Positions 55,198 through 63,609 of a DNA stretch of 64,000 nucleotides are shown piece by piece. The DNA comes from an uncultured virus (IMG/VR IMGVR_UViG_3300031133_000402) (taxonomy: Duplodnaviria; Heunggongvirae; Uroviricota; Caudoviricetes), in IMG/VR virus record IMGVR_UViG_3300031133_000402. One strand, written 5' to 3'. Every line of letters starts with the position of its first letter. Within the stretch, counting starts at the first letter, position 1. Below the pieces are notes generated by a model. The model saw only the letters and a list, made by a program, of their open reading frames with translations. It did no database searches and was not told the origin of the DNA. Position numbers and translations under genes: made by a program.

Positions 55198-55491
55198 TCA
55201 CGGTTTGCTGTCGGTCGCTAGTGGTTTCATGGTGAGGTTGCGGAAGTGCCCGTGGCCGCGCCAATCACCCTGCTTCACGCCGAACGTCACCACGTCGCCG
55301 GGCTTGGCCAGCGCGATGTCGGGGTTGACGCGGCGGTTCTTGGCGGCTCCAACCCCCGAGTCGATCTCGTAGAAGCGTCCGTCGCGCAGCACCACGGTAT
55401 ATCCCTGGGTCACGTCGCTGAAGTGCGTGATGCCGATGCGATCGACGATGCCTTCGACGGTCTCGACCGGCTTCTTGCTGAACAGTCCCAT
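55198..55491 (-). CDS. hypothetical protein (beta-rich)
   Basis: 97-aa ORF, GAGGGAG RBS. Confidence 0.6.
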   Translation of the reverse strand: MGLFSKKPVETVEGIVDRIGITHFSDVTQGYTVVLRDGRFYEIDSGVGAAKNRRVNPDIALAKPGDVVTFGVKQGDWRGHGHFRNLTMKPLATDSKP

Positions 55492-56031
55492 TCACGATCT
55501 CCCTCGATCTTGCTTTCCTTTTCCCGTTCCCATGTCGGGTTCGTCCGGCATCCTCACCACCATGCTGATCCACGACAGTCCGAAGACGTCGCTGTCGATC
55601 TGGGTCGCGGTCTCGATTACCAGGCCCGCATCCCCGCCGACGTCGAGCACGTCGCGCAGACGTCGGCCCACCAGCGCGTCGACCACCGTCTCGGGAAGCA
55701 TGTGCCGACGCTTGTCGAACAGGCATATCCTATGTCGCCCGGGGCCGGCCTGGTCGCGGTGGTACTGCCAGTAATGGGTCGACCCCGCGTCCAAGGTCAC
55801 GTTGGGGTGGTTCGAGGCGGTGTCGATGGCGATGTACGACCTGCCGTCTTCGCCTTTCGTGATGATCGACGTCGATGTCCGCAACAATGGCCACATGGCG
55901 TCCAGATCGACATCACCATCGCGCAGGGCGGCCGCCACCACGGCATCGGCCAGCCAGTCGTCGATCGGACGCCATGACCGCGTCGCTCGTCGCAGCATGC
56001 GGCGCAGGACCCCACGCAGGCGATGCGTCAA
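55492..56031 (-). CDS. GRPL-domain family protein
   Basis: LPETVVDALVGRRLRDVLDV. Confidence 0.65.
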   Translation of the reverse strand: MTHRLRGVLRRMLRRATRSWRPIDDWLADAVVAAALRDGDVDLDAMWPLLRTSTSIITKGEDGRSYIAIDTASNHPNVTLDAGSTHYWQYHRDQAGPGRHRICLFDKRRHMLPETVVDALVGRRLRDVLDVGGDAGLVIETATQIDSDVFGLSWISMVVRMPDEPDMGTGKGKQDRGRS

Positions 56032-57071
56032 TTGACCGGAACTTCGGCCGTGTCGGGGGTGGCGGCGTCGAACGTATCCGCCTCGCGCCGACGCAGCGCC
56101 AGGAACGTGATCTCCCTGTCCAGCGCCCCGCGGGCGTCGTCGTGCAGATTGGCGAGCGCCTTCTGGATCGAGACGCGGATGCTCTCGACGCCTTCGTCGA
56201 GCGCGTCGTCGACGGCGTTGACCTCGGCGCCGGTCGCCGTCTGCTTGGCGACGGCGTGTCGCCGCAGCAGCCGCGGCACGTGGTTGCGCACCAGATCGGC
56301 CACGCTCGCGCCCGTGTCGTCGACCAGGTCGGGATCGATGGCCAGCGCCTTCTCGGCCGTGGCGACGAGATGCGCGATGCGTGCCGACGGTGCGGTGCTG
56401 GCGATCGCCGCGCCGCCGTCGGCGACGCCCTCGATGGTGGCTTCGCAGGAGCTGCGCAGACGCGCCAGCGTGTCGACGCCGATCGCGTCCCTCTCGAGCT
56501 TCTCGCGGTGCTGCGCCAGGATGCGCGACATGGCGTTGGAGGCCACCTCGGTCGCCTCGTCGATGGCCGGTTTGCGCGGGCCGATCTCCTTCAGCGCCTT
56601 GTCCAGATCGATCAGGATCGAATCCAGCCGCAGCAGCAGCGGCCGGCTCGCCGAACTCTCGATCACCAGTTCGTCCGTCATGGTGAGGGCCAGAGTCACC
56701 TGCTCGTCGCTCTTGTCTCCCGGGAACTTGTTTCTGACGAACGTCTGCACGCGTTCCCGAATTTCGCGGACGCGGTCCTTGTCGATGTCGTTCGTCAGTT
56801 CAGCGCCGACGAACGGGAATGCCGTCGCGCAGCAGATACCCGCAATCCACAGGAACGCCGTCGGGAAGGCCGTTTCCCACCCGACGATCCATTCCAGCCC
56901 CATGAACACGCACGTGAGCATCAGGCCGAGTATCACCCCGAGTATGAAGGATATGGCCACGGTTCCCATGACGGTGCCTGGAGCCGACATGAAGTCCTTC
57001 GACAGGATGCTGGACTTCCATGGTTCGAGATGCCGCTTGGGATCGTACGGCACGATGTTCAGGTCGCTCAT
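56028..57071 (-). CDS. membrane protein with XpaC-like C-terminus (family D)
   Basis: Two TM; DLVDDTGASVADLVRNHVPRLL...GALDREITFLALRR. Confidence 0.65.
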   Translation of the reverse strand: MSDLNIVPYDPKRHLEPWKSSILSKDFMSAPGTVMGTVAISFILGVILGLMLTCVFMGLEWIVGWETAFPTAFLWIAGICCATAFPFVGAELTNDIDKDRVREIRERVQTFVRNKFPGDKSDEQVTLALTMTDELVIESSASRPLLLRLDSILIDLDKALKEIGPRKPAIDEATEVASNAMSRILAQHREKLERDAIGVDTLARLRSSCEATIEGVADGGAAIASTAPSARIAHLVATAEKALAIDPDLVDDTGASVADLVRNHVPRLLRRHAVAKQTATGAEVNAVDDALDEGVESIRVSIQKALANLHDDARGALDREITFLALRRREADTFDAATPDTAEVPVN

Positions 57072-57082
57072 GGCGTGGATCC

Positions 57083-58120
57083 TCAGCTGTGGCCCTGGTT
57101 GGCGTAGACCTTGCCCCGCTTGACCGTCAGCGTCTCGATCGCCGCGACGATGCGGCGTTCGGCCTCCTTGGGGAGGTTGACGCAGTCGAGCGCCGCGTCC
57201 AGCAGGGCGAGCGTCTCGCGCGTCTCCGCATCCTCGTTCACCTTGCGGTCCTCGTATTCCGACGCCTCCACCAGAGGCAGGCGGTTGCCGTAGCGGCCGA
57301 GCGCGTGCTGTTCGCGTGCGGTCTTCTTGGAATACGGCAGACCGGTCTTGCGCTCCGGGATCCCGAACGGCGGCATGTCGGGCCAGCCCGACCATGCCGG
57401 ATTGCGTCCGTCGATCTCCGGCATGTGCCGCGCGAGTTCGACCAGCGCCGTGTTCAGGCGCCGGGCGGTCGGATGGTCGTAGCGGCGCTCCATCTCGGTG
57501 GCGCTCAGACCGCGATGCCCAAGCAGGAAGCCGTCCACGACGTCGCGCATCGTCACGGACGTGCGGTCGATCTGCACGCCGGCCAGGCCGTCCATCGAGA
57601 TCGACACGGCGAAGGGGTTCTGCTGGAAGCGCGCCTCGACTTCGGCGAGCGGCATGATGTCCGGCATGTTGTGGCGGTCGCCCGAACCCCAGTTGCACTG
57701 GTGGATGGCGTGCACGGCGGCGCGGCCCTGCCGGACGCTGCCGACGACGGTGCCGACCATGAGGCCCGTGCTGCTCGCACCGATCTCCTTCAGGCGTACG
57801 CCCATGACGAACATCGAATCGTCGCCGAACGTGTGCCTGAACTCCGCCACTTCGGGAACCGCCTCGACGTCCAGCACCAGCGCGTTGGGGTGAACGCGTT
57901 CGGTGAACAGGCGCATGCAGTCCGCGGTCGTGAGCAGGTCGATCCTCTCGGCCGCCGCCGCACGCTCGGTCGCCCAGGGGTCGGGGGCCGCCGGCACCGC
58001 GGCGACCGGTTCCTCGACCGGCGAGGCGCTCATGCTCGGCGAGATCGCAGTTCGCGTGCGCGTGCGGGTCCGCGTCTTGGCGGGTGTGGTCGTGGTCTTG
58101 TCGGTCGATGTCTTCGTCAT
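57083..58120 (-). CDS. hypothetical protein
   Basis: About 345-aa ORF with Thr/Arg-rich N-terminus, good codon bias. Confidence 0.65.
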   Translation of the reverse strand: MTKTSTDKTTTTPAKTRTRTRTRTAISPSMSASPVEEPVAAVPAAPDPWATERAAAAERIDLLTTADCMRLFTERVHPNALVLDVEAVPEVAEFRHTFGDDSMFVMGVRLKEIGASSTGLMVGTVVGSVRQGRAAVHAIHQCNWGSGDRHNMPDIMPLAEVEARFQQNPFAVSISMDGLAGVQIDRTSVTMRDVVDGFLLGHRGLSATEMERRYDHPTARRLNTALVELARHMPEIDGRNPAWSGWPDMPPFGIPERKTGLPYSKKTAREQHALGRYGNRLPLVEASEYEDRKVNEDAETRETLALLDAALDCVNLPKEAERRIVAAIETLTVKRGKVYANQGHS

Positions 58121-58142
58121 GGTCTCGGGTTCCCCGTATGGA

Positions 58143-58376
58143 TTAGGCGTCGATGGTCCTGGTGTCGTTCCGCTCGGCATCGTGGGAAGCGTAGGTCACG
58201 GGTCTGCGCGGTATCGCCCATAGCAGCAGCGCCGTGACCACCGACTGCGCGGCGATCCACACCACAAGCCCCGGCGTGCCCGGCGGCACCAGCCCTGCCC
58301 CGCCGATCAGACCCGTCAGGAGGCCGGCCGCGACGAAGGTCGCGAGCGCCATCGCCATGCTTTCGATGAGCTTCAT
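58143..58376 (-). CDS. small membrane protein
   Basis: MKLIESMAMALATFVAAG; two TM. Confidence 0.55.
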   Translation of the reverse strand: MKLIESMAMALATFVAAGLLTGLIGGAGLVPPGTPGLVVWIAAQSVVTALLLWAIPRRPVTYASHDAERNDTRTIDA

Positions 58377-59077
58377 GTGGCTGCCTTCTCGAGCACGTCG
58401 TTGCGATCGCGCACGCTGTGGTTGCTGATCTGCTCGATGACGCTCCGGCGCCAGTCGGCAGGAGGCCAGAGCACCGCCGTCGCGAACGTGGCGATGCAGA
58501 GCCCGATGGTCGAATCGGGGTGGTTCGGCCAGACGGGGTAGCTGAACAGCGCCATGAGCATGCCCGCCGGGGCCGTCACGATCAGCGCCACTCTGAGCAG
58601 GGACACGTCGTTGTTCTTCATGAACGCGCCTGACGGGATGTACGCGCGCAGCACCGCGATTCCGACGGCGAGGAACGCGAGCATGCGCACGGCGAATCCG
58701 GGACGCGGCACCTCGATGGGATCCTCGCGGCATCTGAGCACGAAGCCCGTGTCCGTGAAGGTTGCGTCGACGATCTCCATGTGACCACCGTGCGCCACCT
58801 CCACGACTTGGCCGACCGTGCGACCGATGGTCGCGCCGAGAAGCGTGTCGGGCAGGTGCCTGTCGACGTGCAGATCGGCTCCGTGCCACGACGCGTCGCC
58901 GTGGCGCGTGTGCAGGCGCAGCATCATCCGGCCCTCCGACAGGAAGACGTAGTCGCGGGCCTCGATCATGGCCGCGGCGATCGTGTCGCCGTGCGCCGCG
59001 CGGTGCAGCAGTCCGTCGACCGAGCGTCCCATCCGGTGGTGGATCTCGTCCAGTGCGAATTCGTGCATCTTCATCAT
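58373..59077 (-). CDS. GRPL-domain family protein with C-terminal TM helices
   Basis: LPDTLLGATIGRTVGQVVEV then three TM. Confidence 0.65.
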   Translation of the reverse strand: MMKMHEFALDEIHHRMGRSVDGLLHRAAHGDTIAAAMIEARDYVFLSEGRMMLRLHTRHGDASWHGADLHVDRHLPDTLLGATIGRTVGQVVEVAHGGHMEIVDATFTDTGFVLRCREDPIEVPRPGFAVRMLAFLAVGIAVLRAYIPSGAFMKNNDVSLLRVALIVTAPAGMLMALFSYPVWPNHPDSTIGLCIATFATAVLWPPADWRRSVIEQISNHSVRDRNDVLEKAAT

Positions 59078-59102
59078 GGCCGCGTCTCCCGACTGCATGG
59101 GC

Positions 59103-59678
59103 TCAAGGCTTGAACGGGTCCTTGGCTAGATCGGAGAAGCGTGCCTTCTCGCGATCGGCCTTGGCACGCTCGGCGGCGGCTTCGCGCTCCAGCGCCGCAC
59201 GGTCCGCTCGCAGCGCCGCGACGCACCGGCGCGTCATCGCGATCGCCGCACCGGTGCCCGAGAGGTTGAGGTGGTCCATCTTGGCCTCGCCCTTGTACAG
59301 ACTGATGCTGCGCGCCGCCGCGATGTCGTCGACCATCGTCGGGGACAGCTTGACCAGGAACCCCTTCTTGCCGTTGACCTCGACGCCGATCGCGTCCGTG
59401 CCGCCGTACTCGGTGTCGCCCATGACCGCGGTGATGTCCTTGTAGACGGCTCCGTCCTGCGACGACCATGCTGAATTCACGTCCGCCATGAGCACGAGCC
59501 CGTCCGCGTTGATCGTGAGGTACAGCTCGCTGTCACCGGGGCCTTCGAACTCGCTGGTCATGATGCAGAAGTCGCCGCCCTCGGCGATCGTCCATCCACC
59601 CGCGTCCGGCCAGGTCCGCGCGGTCGCGGCGGTGGGCACGGCGAGTGCCAGGAGAGCCGTCAGGATGGCGATGCGCAT
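59103..59678 (-). CDS. secreted hypothetical protein
   Basis: Signal peptide MRIAILTALLALAVPTAATA; GGWTI...C...C. Confidence 0.7.
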   Translation of the reverse strand: MRIAILTALLALAVPTAATARTWPDAGGWTIAEGGDFCIMTSEFEGPGDSELYLTINADGLVLMADVNSAWSSQDGAVYKDITAVMGDTEYGGTDAIGVEVNGKKGFLVKLSPTMVDDIAAARSISLYKGEAKMDHLNLSGTGAAIAMTRRCVAALRADRAALEREAAAERAKADREKARFSDLAKDPFKP

Positions 59679-59811
59679 GGGTGGAACGTCCTCGTCTTCG
59701 TGCACGCCTCCGCCAAGCCCGCTGTCGCGGGTCGCACGGATGGTCGTGGATTGGTGGTTTTTGGGTGGCATGCCGCGACGCCGGTCGGCGGGAATGCGGC
59801 CTGGAATGTGA

Positions 59812-59887
59812 TGGCGGGCCGGACGGGAGTCGAACCCGCGATGCCGAGGTCATTACTCTCGGTGCCTGACCGTTAGGCGGCCAGCCC
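59812..59887 (-). tRNA. atypical tRNA with 9-nt anticodon loop (AGU-AAUG-AC), encoded CCA, identity undetermined
   Basis: GGGCTGG/CCGGCCC acceptor, GCCT/AGGC D-stem, CCGAG/CTCGG anticodon stem, GCGGG-TTCGACT-CCCGT T-arm, G73-CCA; C instead of U8. Confidence 0.85.
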
Positions 59888-59973
59888 TTGTTTTCCCCTC
59901 GTCGGGGATCTCTCGATGCAGTTGATGCCGTGGACTCCACCGCCTGCTTGCCCTGTGACGAGTATGGGTGTGT

Positions 59974-60010
59974 CGTACGCGCCCGTGGATCGTGCGTCTG
60001 GGCGCGTACG
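59974..60010. terminator. 11-bp hairpin between 60016 gene and the tRNA
   Basis: cgtacgcgccc-N15-gggcgcgtacg. Confidence 0.45.
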
Positions 60011-60015
60011 GTTGG

Positions 60016-60270
60016 TTAGGCGAGCGTCCAGAATCCCTTTCGGAACCCGTCCTGCAGCTCGATGTTCGGAGCCGACGCGGCCGTCCCGGCCGACAAGTCG
60101 TGCAGGCGTGTCGTCGAGCGGTGCTGGTCCGGAAACGGCACGTCGTCGAAGTCCTGGACCTCGTACAGGTCCCCCGCCCGCAGATCCGCCGTGAAGCGGT
60201 GCGCCTTCAGGCGGTCGCCGACGCGCAGCGTGACGTGATGGTGGGGATCACCCGTGGCGTCGTGATGCAT
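60016..60270 (-). CDS. hypothetical protein
   Basis: 84-aa ORF with GAGG RBS. Confidence 0.5.
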   Translation of the reverse strand: MHHDATGDPHHHVTLRVGDRLKAHRFTADLRAGDLYEVQDFDDVPFPDQHRSTTRLHDLSAGTAASAPNIELQDGFRKGFWTLA

Positions 60271-60277
60271 GTCCGCC

Positions 60278-60595
60278 TCAGTTCCGCGTGACGCTGCGTT
60301 CCGGGATGCCGAGCGACACCGCGAACGCCTTGGCCTCGTCGGCCGACGCGAAGCCGTCGAACTCCATCGTGACGTCCTCGGTCGACGCTTCGCCTGACTC
60401 CTCGTCCTCGGTCTCCAGCGCGAGGTACAGCGTGCCCCCGAAGCCGAACTTTTCGTCGCCCTCGGCGAAGACGTCGGCCGCGTGGATGTCGACGCGGTCC
60501 GGCATGTGCCGGTCCATCATCGCCTCGTCGATCTCGCCCCGTTCGGTGCCGGGCTGCGCGATCTTGTCGCCGAACATGTTGCTGCGGAATGGCAT
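60278..60595 (-). CDS. acidic hypothetical protein
   Basis: 105-aa ORF, GGAG RBS. Confidence 0.6.
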   Translation of the reverse strand: MPFRSNMFGDKIAQPGTERGEIDEAMMDRHMPDRVDIHAADVFAEGDEKFGFGGTLYLALETEDEESGEASTEDVTMEFDGFASADEAKAFAVSLGIPERSVTRN

Positions 60596-60646
60596 TGTCG
60601 TCTCCGTGTGGTGATGTGTCGTATGGATGTGGCCTAAGCGGCCGGG

Positions 60647-61231
60647 TCAGCCGCGCAGGCCTTCGTCGCGCAGCGCCTGCACGCATTCGTCCGACCGGTC
60701 GTTCTCGGGCATGCGCAGGCATTCGCGGATGAAGTCGTCGTAGCCGTCGAAGGTGTAGGGTTCGTCCATGGTGCTCATCCACCAGATGGGCATCAGCGCC
60801 GGAGCCGTCCATGCCCAGCGCGAACCGCGATAGGCGTAGCTGCGACGCTGCGGCTTGCCCGCGGGACGCGTGCGGGTCGCCGCCGCACCGACGACGCGAC
60901 GCTGCGTGGCGGTCGTCCCGGTGGTGGCGCGAGGGGGCATCGTGCGCACGACCGTCGCCTTGGCGCGTGGCGCGACCGTCGCCCTGGTGCGCTGCGTGGC
61001 CGTCGCCGCGCGTGCCACGGGCGCGGTACGCGCGGCGGGAGCCGTGGCTGGACGGCTGGGTGCAGGAGTCGAAGGCCGTACGGCGACCGGCGCCGGGCGC
61101 GGGGCCGAGACCGTTGGCGCGCGGTACGTCTGCACGGCGGGTCGCATGGGCGAAGGCGTGCGCGTGATCGGACCCGCCAGCGCCGGCGTGGCGAGCGTCA
61201 GGGCGGCGAGCAGGTGGAGCATTGGTCGCAT
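60647..61231 (-). CDS. secreted protein with Ala/Pro/Thr/Arg-rich linker
   Basis: Signal peptide MRPMLHLLAALTLATPALA; low-complexity middle; small Cys-containing C-domain. Confidence 0.6.
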   Translation of the reverse strand: MRPMLHLLAALTLATPALAGPITRTPSPMRPAVQTYRAPTVSAPRPAPVAVRPSTPAPSRPATAPAARTAPVARAATATQRTRATVAPRAKATVVRTMPPRATTGTTATQRRVVGAAATRTRPAGKPQRRSYAYRGSRWAWTAPALMPIWWMSTMDEPYTFDGYDDFIRECLRMPENDRSDECVQALRDEGLRG

Positions 61232-61275
61232 GTATGTTCCTTCGTGATGGTTGCATCGGTGGAGGCGGACGTCGA

Positions 61276-61884
61276 TCAGTCCTTGTCCGCCATGCGGGAT
61301 TCGATGAGATCGTGGATCGCCTGCGCGGCCTCCAGACGCTCGTTCGAGTCTCCGACGTTCGCCTCGAACAGCATGCTCGAGATGAGCTCGTAGAGCTCGA
61401 GCACGTCGACGGGGCTGCGGCTGCCGTTGGGCACGCAGACGATGCGCATGTTGCCCCTGCCCAACTTCACGGACACCGGCCGGTCGGCCTGCGACGCGTC
61501 GATGGGGTCGCCGAAGCCGTCCGCGGGTCGGCCCTGCAGCATGTCCGCGTTGGACAGCATCAGCAGGCGGCCGGCCTTGCTCGTCGGGTTTTCGCGCACC
61601 GAAGACGATTCCGTTCCCCGACCGTCGACGAAGTCGCCGTCCGAGTAGCATGCGATGGAGCCTCCCCCGGCGTCGCCCAGGAGCAGCAGCGCCTTGCCGA
61701 TGTCGGCGACGCCGCCGCCTCTCCATGCGATCTCGACGCTCTGTCCGGGCCGTTCGAGAACGCCGAAGTCGTGCACCTCGTCGTCGAACGCGACGACCCG
61801 ATCGCCCGTCTTGAAGCCGGCCGCGATGGCCTTGAGCACGGCCGGCTGGATGACGCCGCTGATGTCGATGAGATGCGTGATCAT
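61276..61884 (-). CDS. vWA-like domain protein (degenerate MIDAS)
   Basis: LIDISGVI...VVAFDDEV...RGGG...IACYSDG. Confidence 0.55.
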   Translation of the reverse strand: MITHLIDISGVIQPAVLKAIAAGFKTGDRVVAFDDEVHDFGVLERPGQSVEIAWRGGGVADIGKALLLLGDAGGGSIACYSDGDFVDGRGTESSSVRENPTSKAGRLLMLSNADMLQGRPADGFGDPIDASQADRPVSVKLGRGNMRIVCVPNGSRSPVDVLELYELISSMLFEANVGDSNERLEAAQAIHDLIESRMADKD

Positions 61885-61912
61885 GCGTCTTCCTTTTCCC
61901 GTGTCTCGCGGA

Positions 61913-62227
61913 CTACGCGATGGCGCCCAGGAACGCCTTGGCATGGCTCATGCCCTCGTCCGTCGGCGCGAACCGCGCCACGACGTAGCCGTCCTCCGTG
62001 AAGTGCGGATCGATGACGGCCATCGCGTGCGGATCGCGGTTCAGCACCAGCAGCTTCATGCCTTCGTGGCTGGTGCAGTCCGGATACCGGATGCGCGCCA
62101 GGTGGAACGCGCCGATTCGTTTGCTCGAGACGATCCGGAAGCGGTGCGGATTGGGATTGCCGGCACCGCGCGTTACGGCGGCGGGCTGATCCTCGGTGCT
62201 GCGGCTGACGCCGATGCTGATGCCCAT
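61913..62227 (-). CDS. conserved phage-type hypothetical protein
   Basis: NPNP...YPDCTSHEG.KLLV...DPHF...VARFAPT motif set. Confidence 0.6.
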   Translation of the reverse strand: MGISIGVSRSTEDQPAAVTRGAGNPNPHRFRIVSSKRIGAFHLARIRYPDCTSHEGMKLLVLNRDPHAMAVIDPHFTEDGYVVARFAPTDEGMSHAKAFLGAIA

Positions 62228-62297
62228 GCTAACACGTCCTTTCGTTCTTGTGGTGCGGAATGCGGGCCGCGCCTTCCAGGCGATGCGGACTCCGACT

Positions 62298-62705
62298 TCA
62301 GCGCCGATCGCCTCCGCGCGGCACGTCGTGCGCGTTGACCACCAGGATGTCGTCACGCGAAGCCGGTGTCGTGACCGCAACGGGCCGGACGACTTTCGGC
62401 GGTCTCGCGCCCATGGGCCAGGCGTCGACGGGCAACCGCGTCTTGTGTAGATTCCAGCGATGCACGATTCGGTCCATGCCGATGGTGGAGGGGCTTATCA
62501 TCTGTGGTCGGCCGTCGTGCCGCAGGATTCGCTTCGCCTCGCCCGCCTCGATGAATCCGTCTTCGATCGCCTCGACCAGCACTCTTCGCGTTTCGGCTGC
62601 GTCCCACAGCGGTTTGCTCACCCGCGTCATGACGACGTCGAAGATGTGGAGCGCGATTTCGGCGGGGATGCCGGATACGCGCTGTCTGCTCTCGAACAGC
62701 CTCAC
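62298..62705 (-). CDS. hypothetical protein
   Basis: 135-aa ORF, GTGA overlap. Confidence 0.5.
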   Translation of the reverse strand: MRLFESRQRVSGIPAEIALHIFDVVMTRVSKPLWDAAETRRVLVEAIEDGFIEAGEAKRILRHDGRPQMISPSTIGMDRIVHRWNLHKTRLPVDAWPMGARPPKVVRPVAVTTPASRDDILVVNAHDVPRGGDRR

Positions 62706-63211
62706 GGCGTGGCGCGTGCGATCTCGCGATCGACCGAATCGCGTTCGATGAGGTGCATGTACGTGGCGAATCCACGCTGATCTATCCGATGCTCGCGGAT
62801 CAGCTGCGCAAGCAGGGCCCGGCGGCGCGCCCGCAAGTCGGCGGTCGGGGCGTCGTCCAGTGTGGCGGACACCTCCGCGTACTGGTCCGGAAGGATCTGC
62901 GTCTGCGGAGCGATCATGGGAACCATGCGTCCCAGCAGGTAGGCCGCGATGATCGTGACGAACGCCGTGATGACGACCAGACCGGCAAACGGCAGTGGAT
63001 TCAGCTTCTCCCCCTGAGGCGGCGGACCCACCATTTCGAGGGCGAGCGCGATCGACAATGCGATCGGCAGCGCTCCCGCGGCGACGGTCATCGTGCTGCC
63101 GTAGGTGATTGCGGCGCCGATGCAGATGGCGAGCATCGAAGCGAGGCGGATCACGATGCGCGACGCCTTCGGCGCGGTTGTCTTGGCATGGAGTAGTTGA
63201 TCGGTCGTCAT
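62702..63211 (-). CDS. membrane protein
   Basis: Three TM helices. Confidence 0.6.
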   Translation of the reverse strand: MTTDQLLHAKTTAPKASRIVIRLASMLAICIGAAITYGSTMTVAAGALPIALSIALALEMVGPPPQGEKLNPLPFAGLVVITAFVTIIAAYLLGRMVPMIAPQTQILPDQYAEVSATLDDAPTADLRARRRALLAQLIREHRIDQRGFATYMHLIERDSVDREIARATP

Positions 63212-63242
63212 GTCGCGCGTCTCCCGTGTTGGCCGGCCGCCA

Positions 63243-63608
63243 TCACGTGCGTGCCGGAGCTTGGTAGAATTCGTAGTGCACGCCTTCGCGGGCGTCCTTG
63301 ACCAGCTCGTAGCCCGACCCCGCGCGCTCGAAGGGGACGATGTTCACGAACCCGTCGACGTGCAGCTTAGCGTATGCCGGATCGCCTGGCCGAAGCGGCG
63401 ACGGCTGCCGCTTGGCGGGCGTTCCGGCGCGCGTGTACACGGTCGGCAGGGTCGCCCCGACCAGCAGCGTGACGGGCACGGCCCGCAGCACCTCGAGCTT
63501 GACGCTCGTCGGATGGCGCTGCGGCGTGATCGGCGTGCCCGCGAAGTCCTTGTCGACCAGACCGAGCGACTTCAGGTTGGCGAGCACGGTGTCGAAGGCG
63601 TCGGGCAT
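63243..63608 (-). CDS. hypothetical protein
   Basis: 121-aa ORF. Confidence 0.55.
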   Translation of the reverse strand: MPDAFDTVLANLKSLGLVDKDFAGTPITPQRHPTSVKLEVLRAVPVTLLVGATLPTVYTRAGTPAKRQPSPLRPGDPAYAKLHVDGFVNIVPFERAGSGYELVKDAREGVHYEFYQAPART

Positions 63609-63609
63609 C

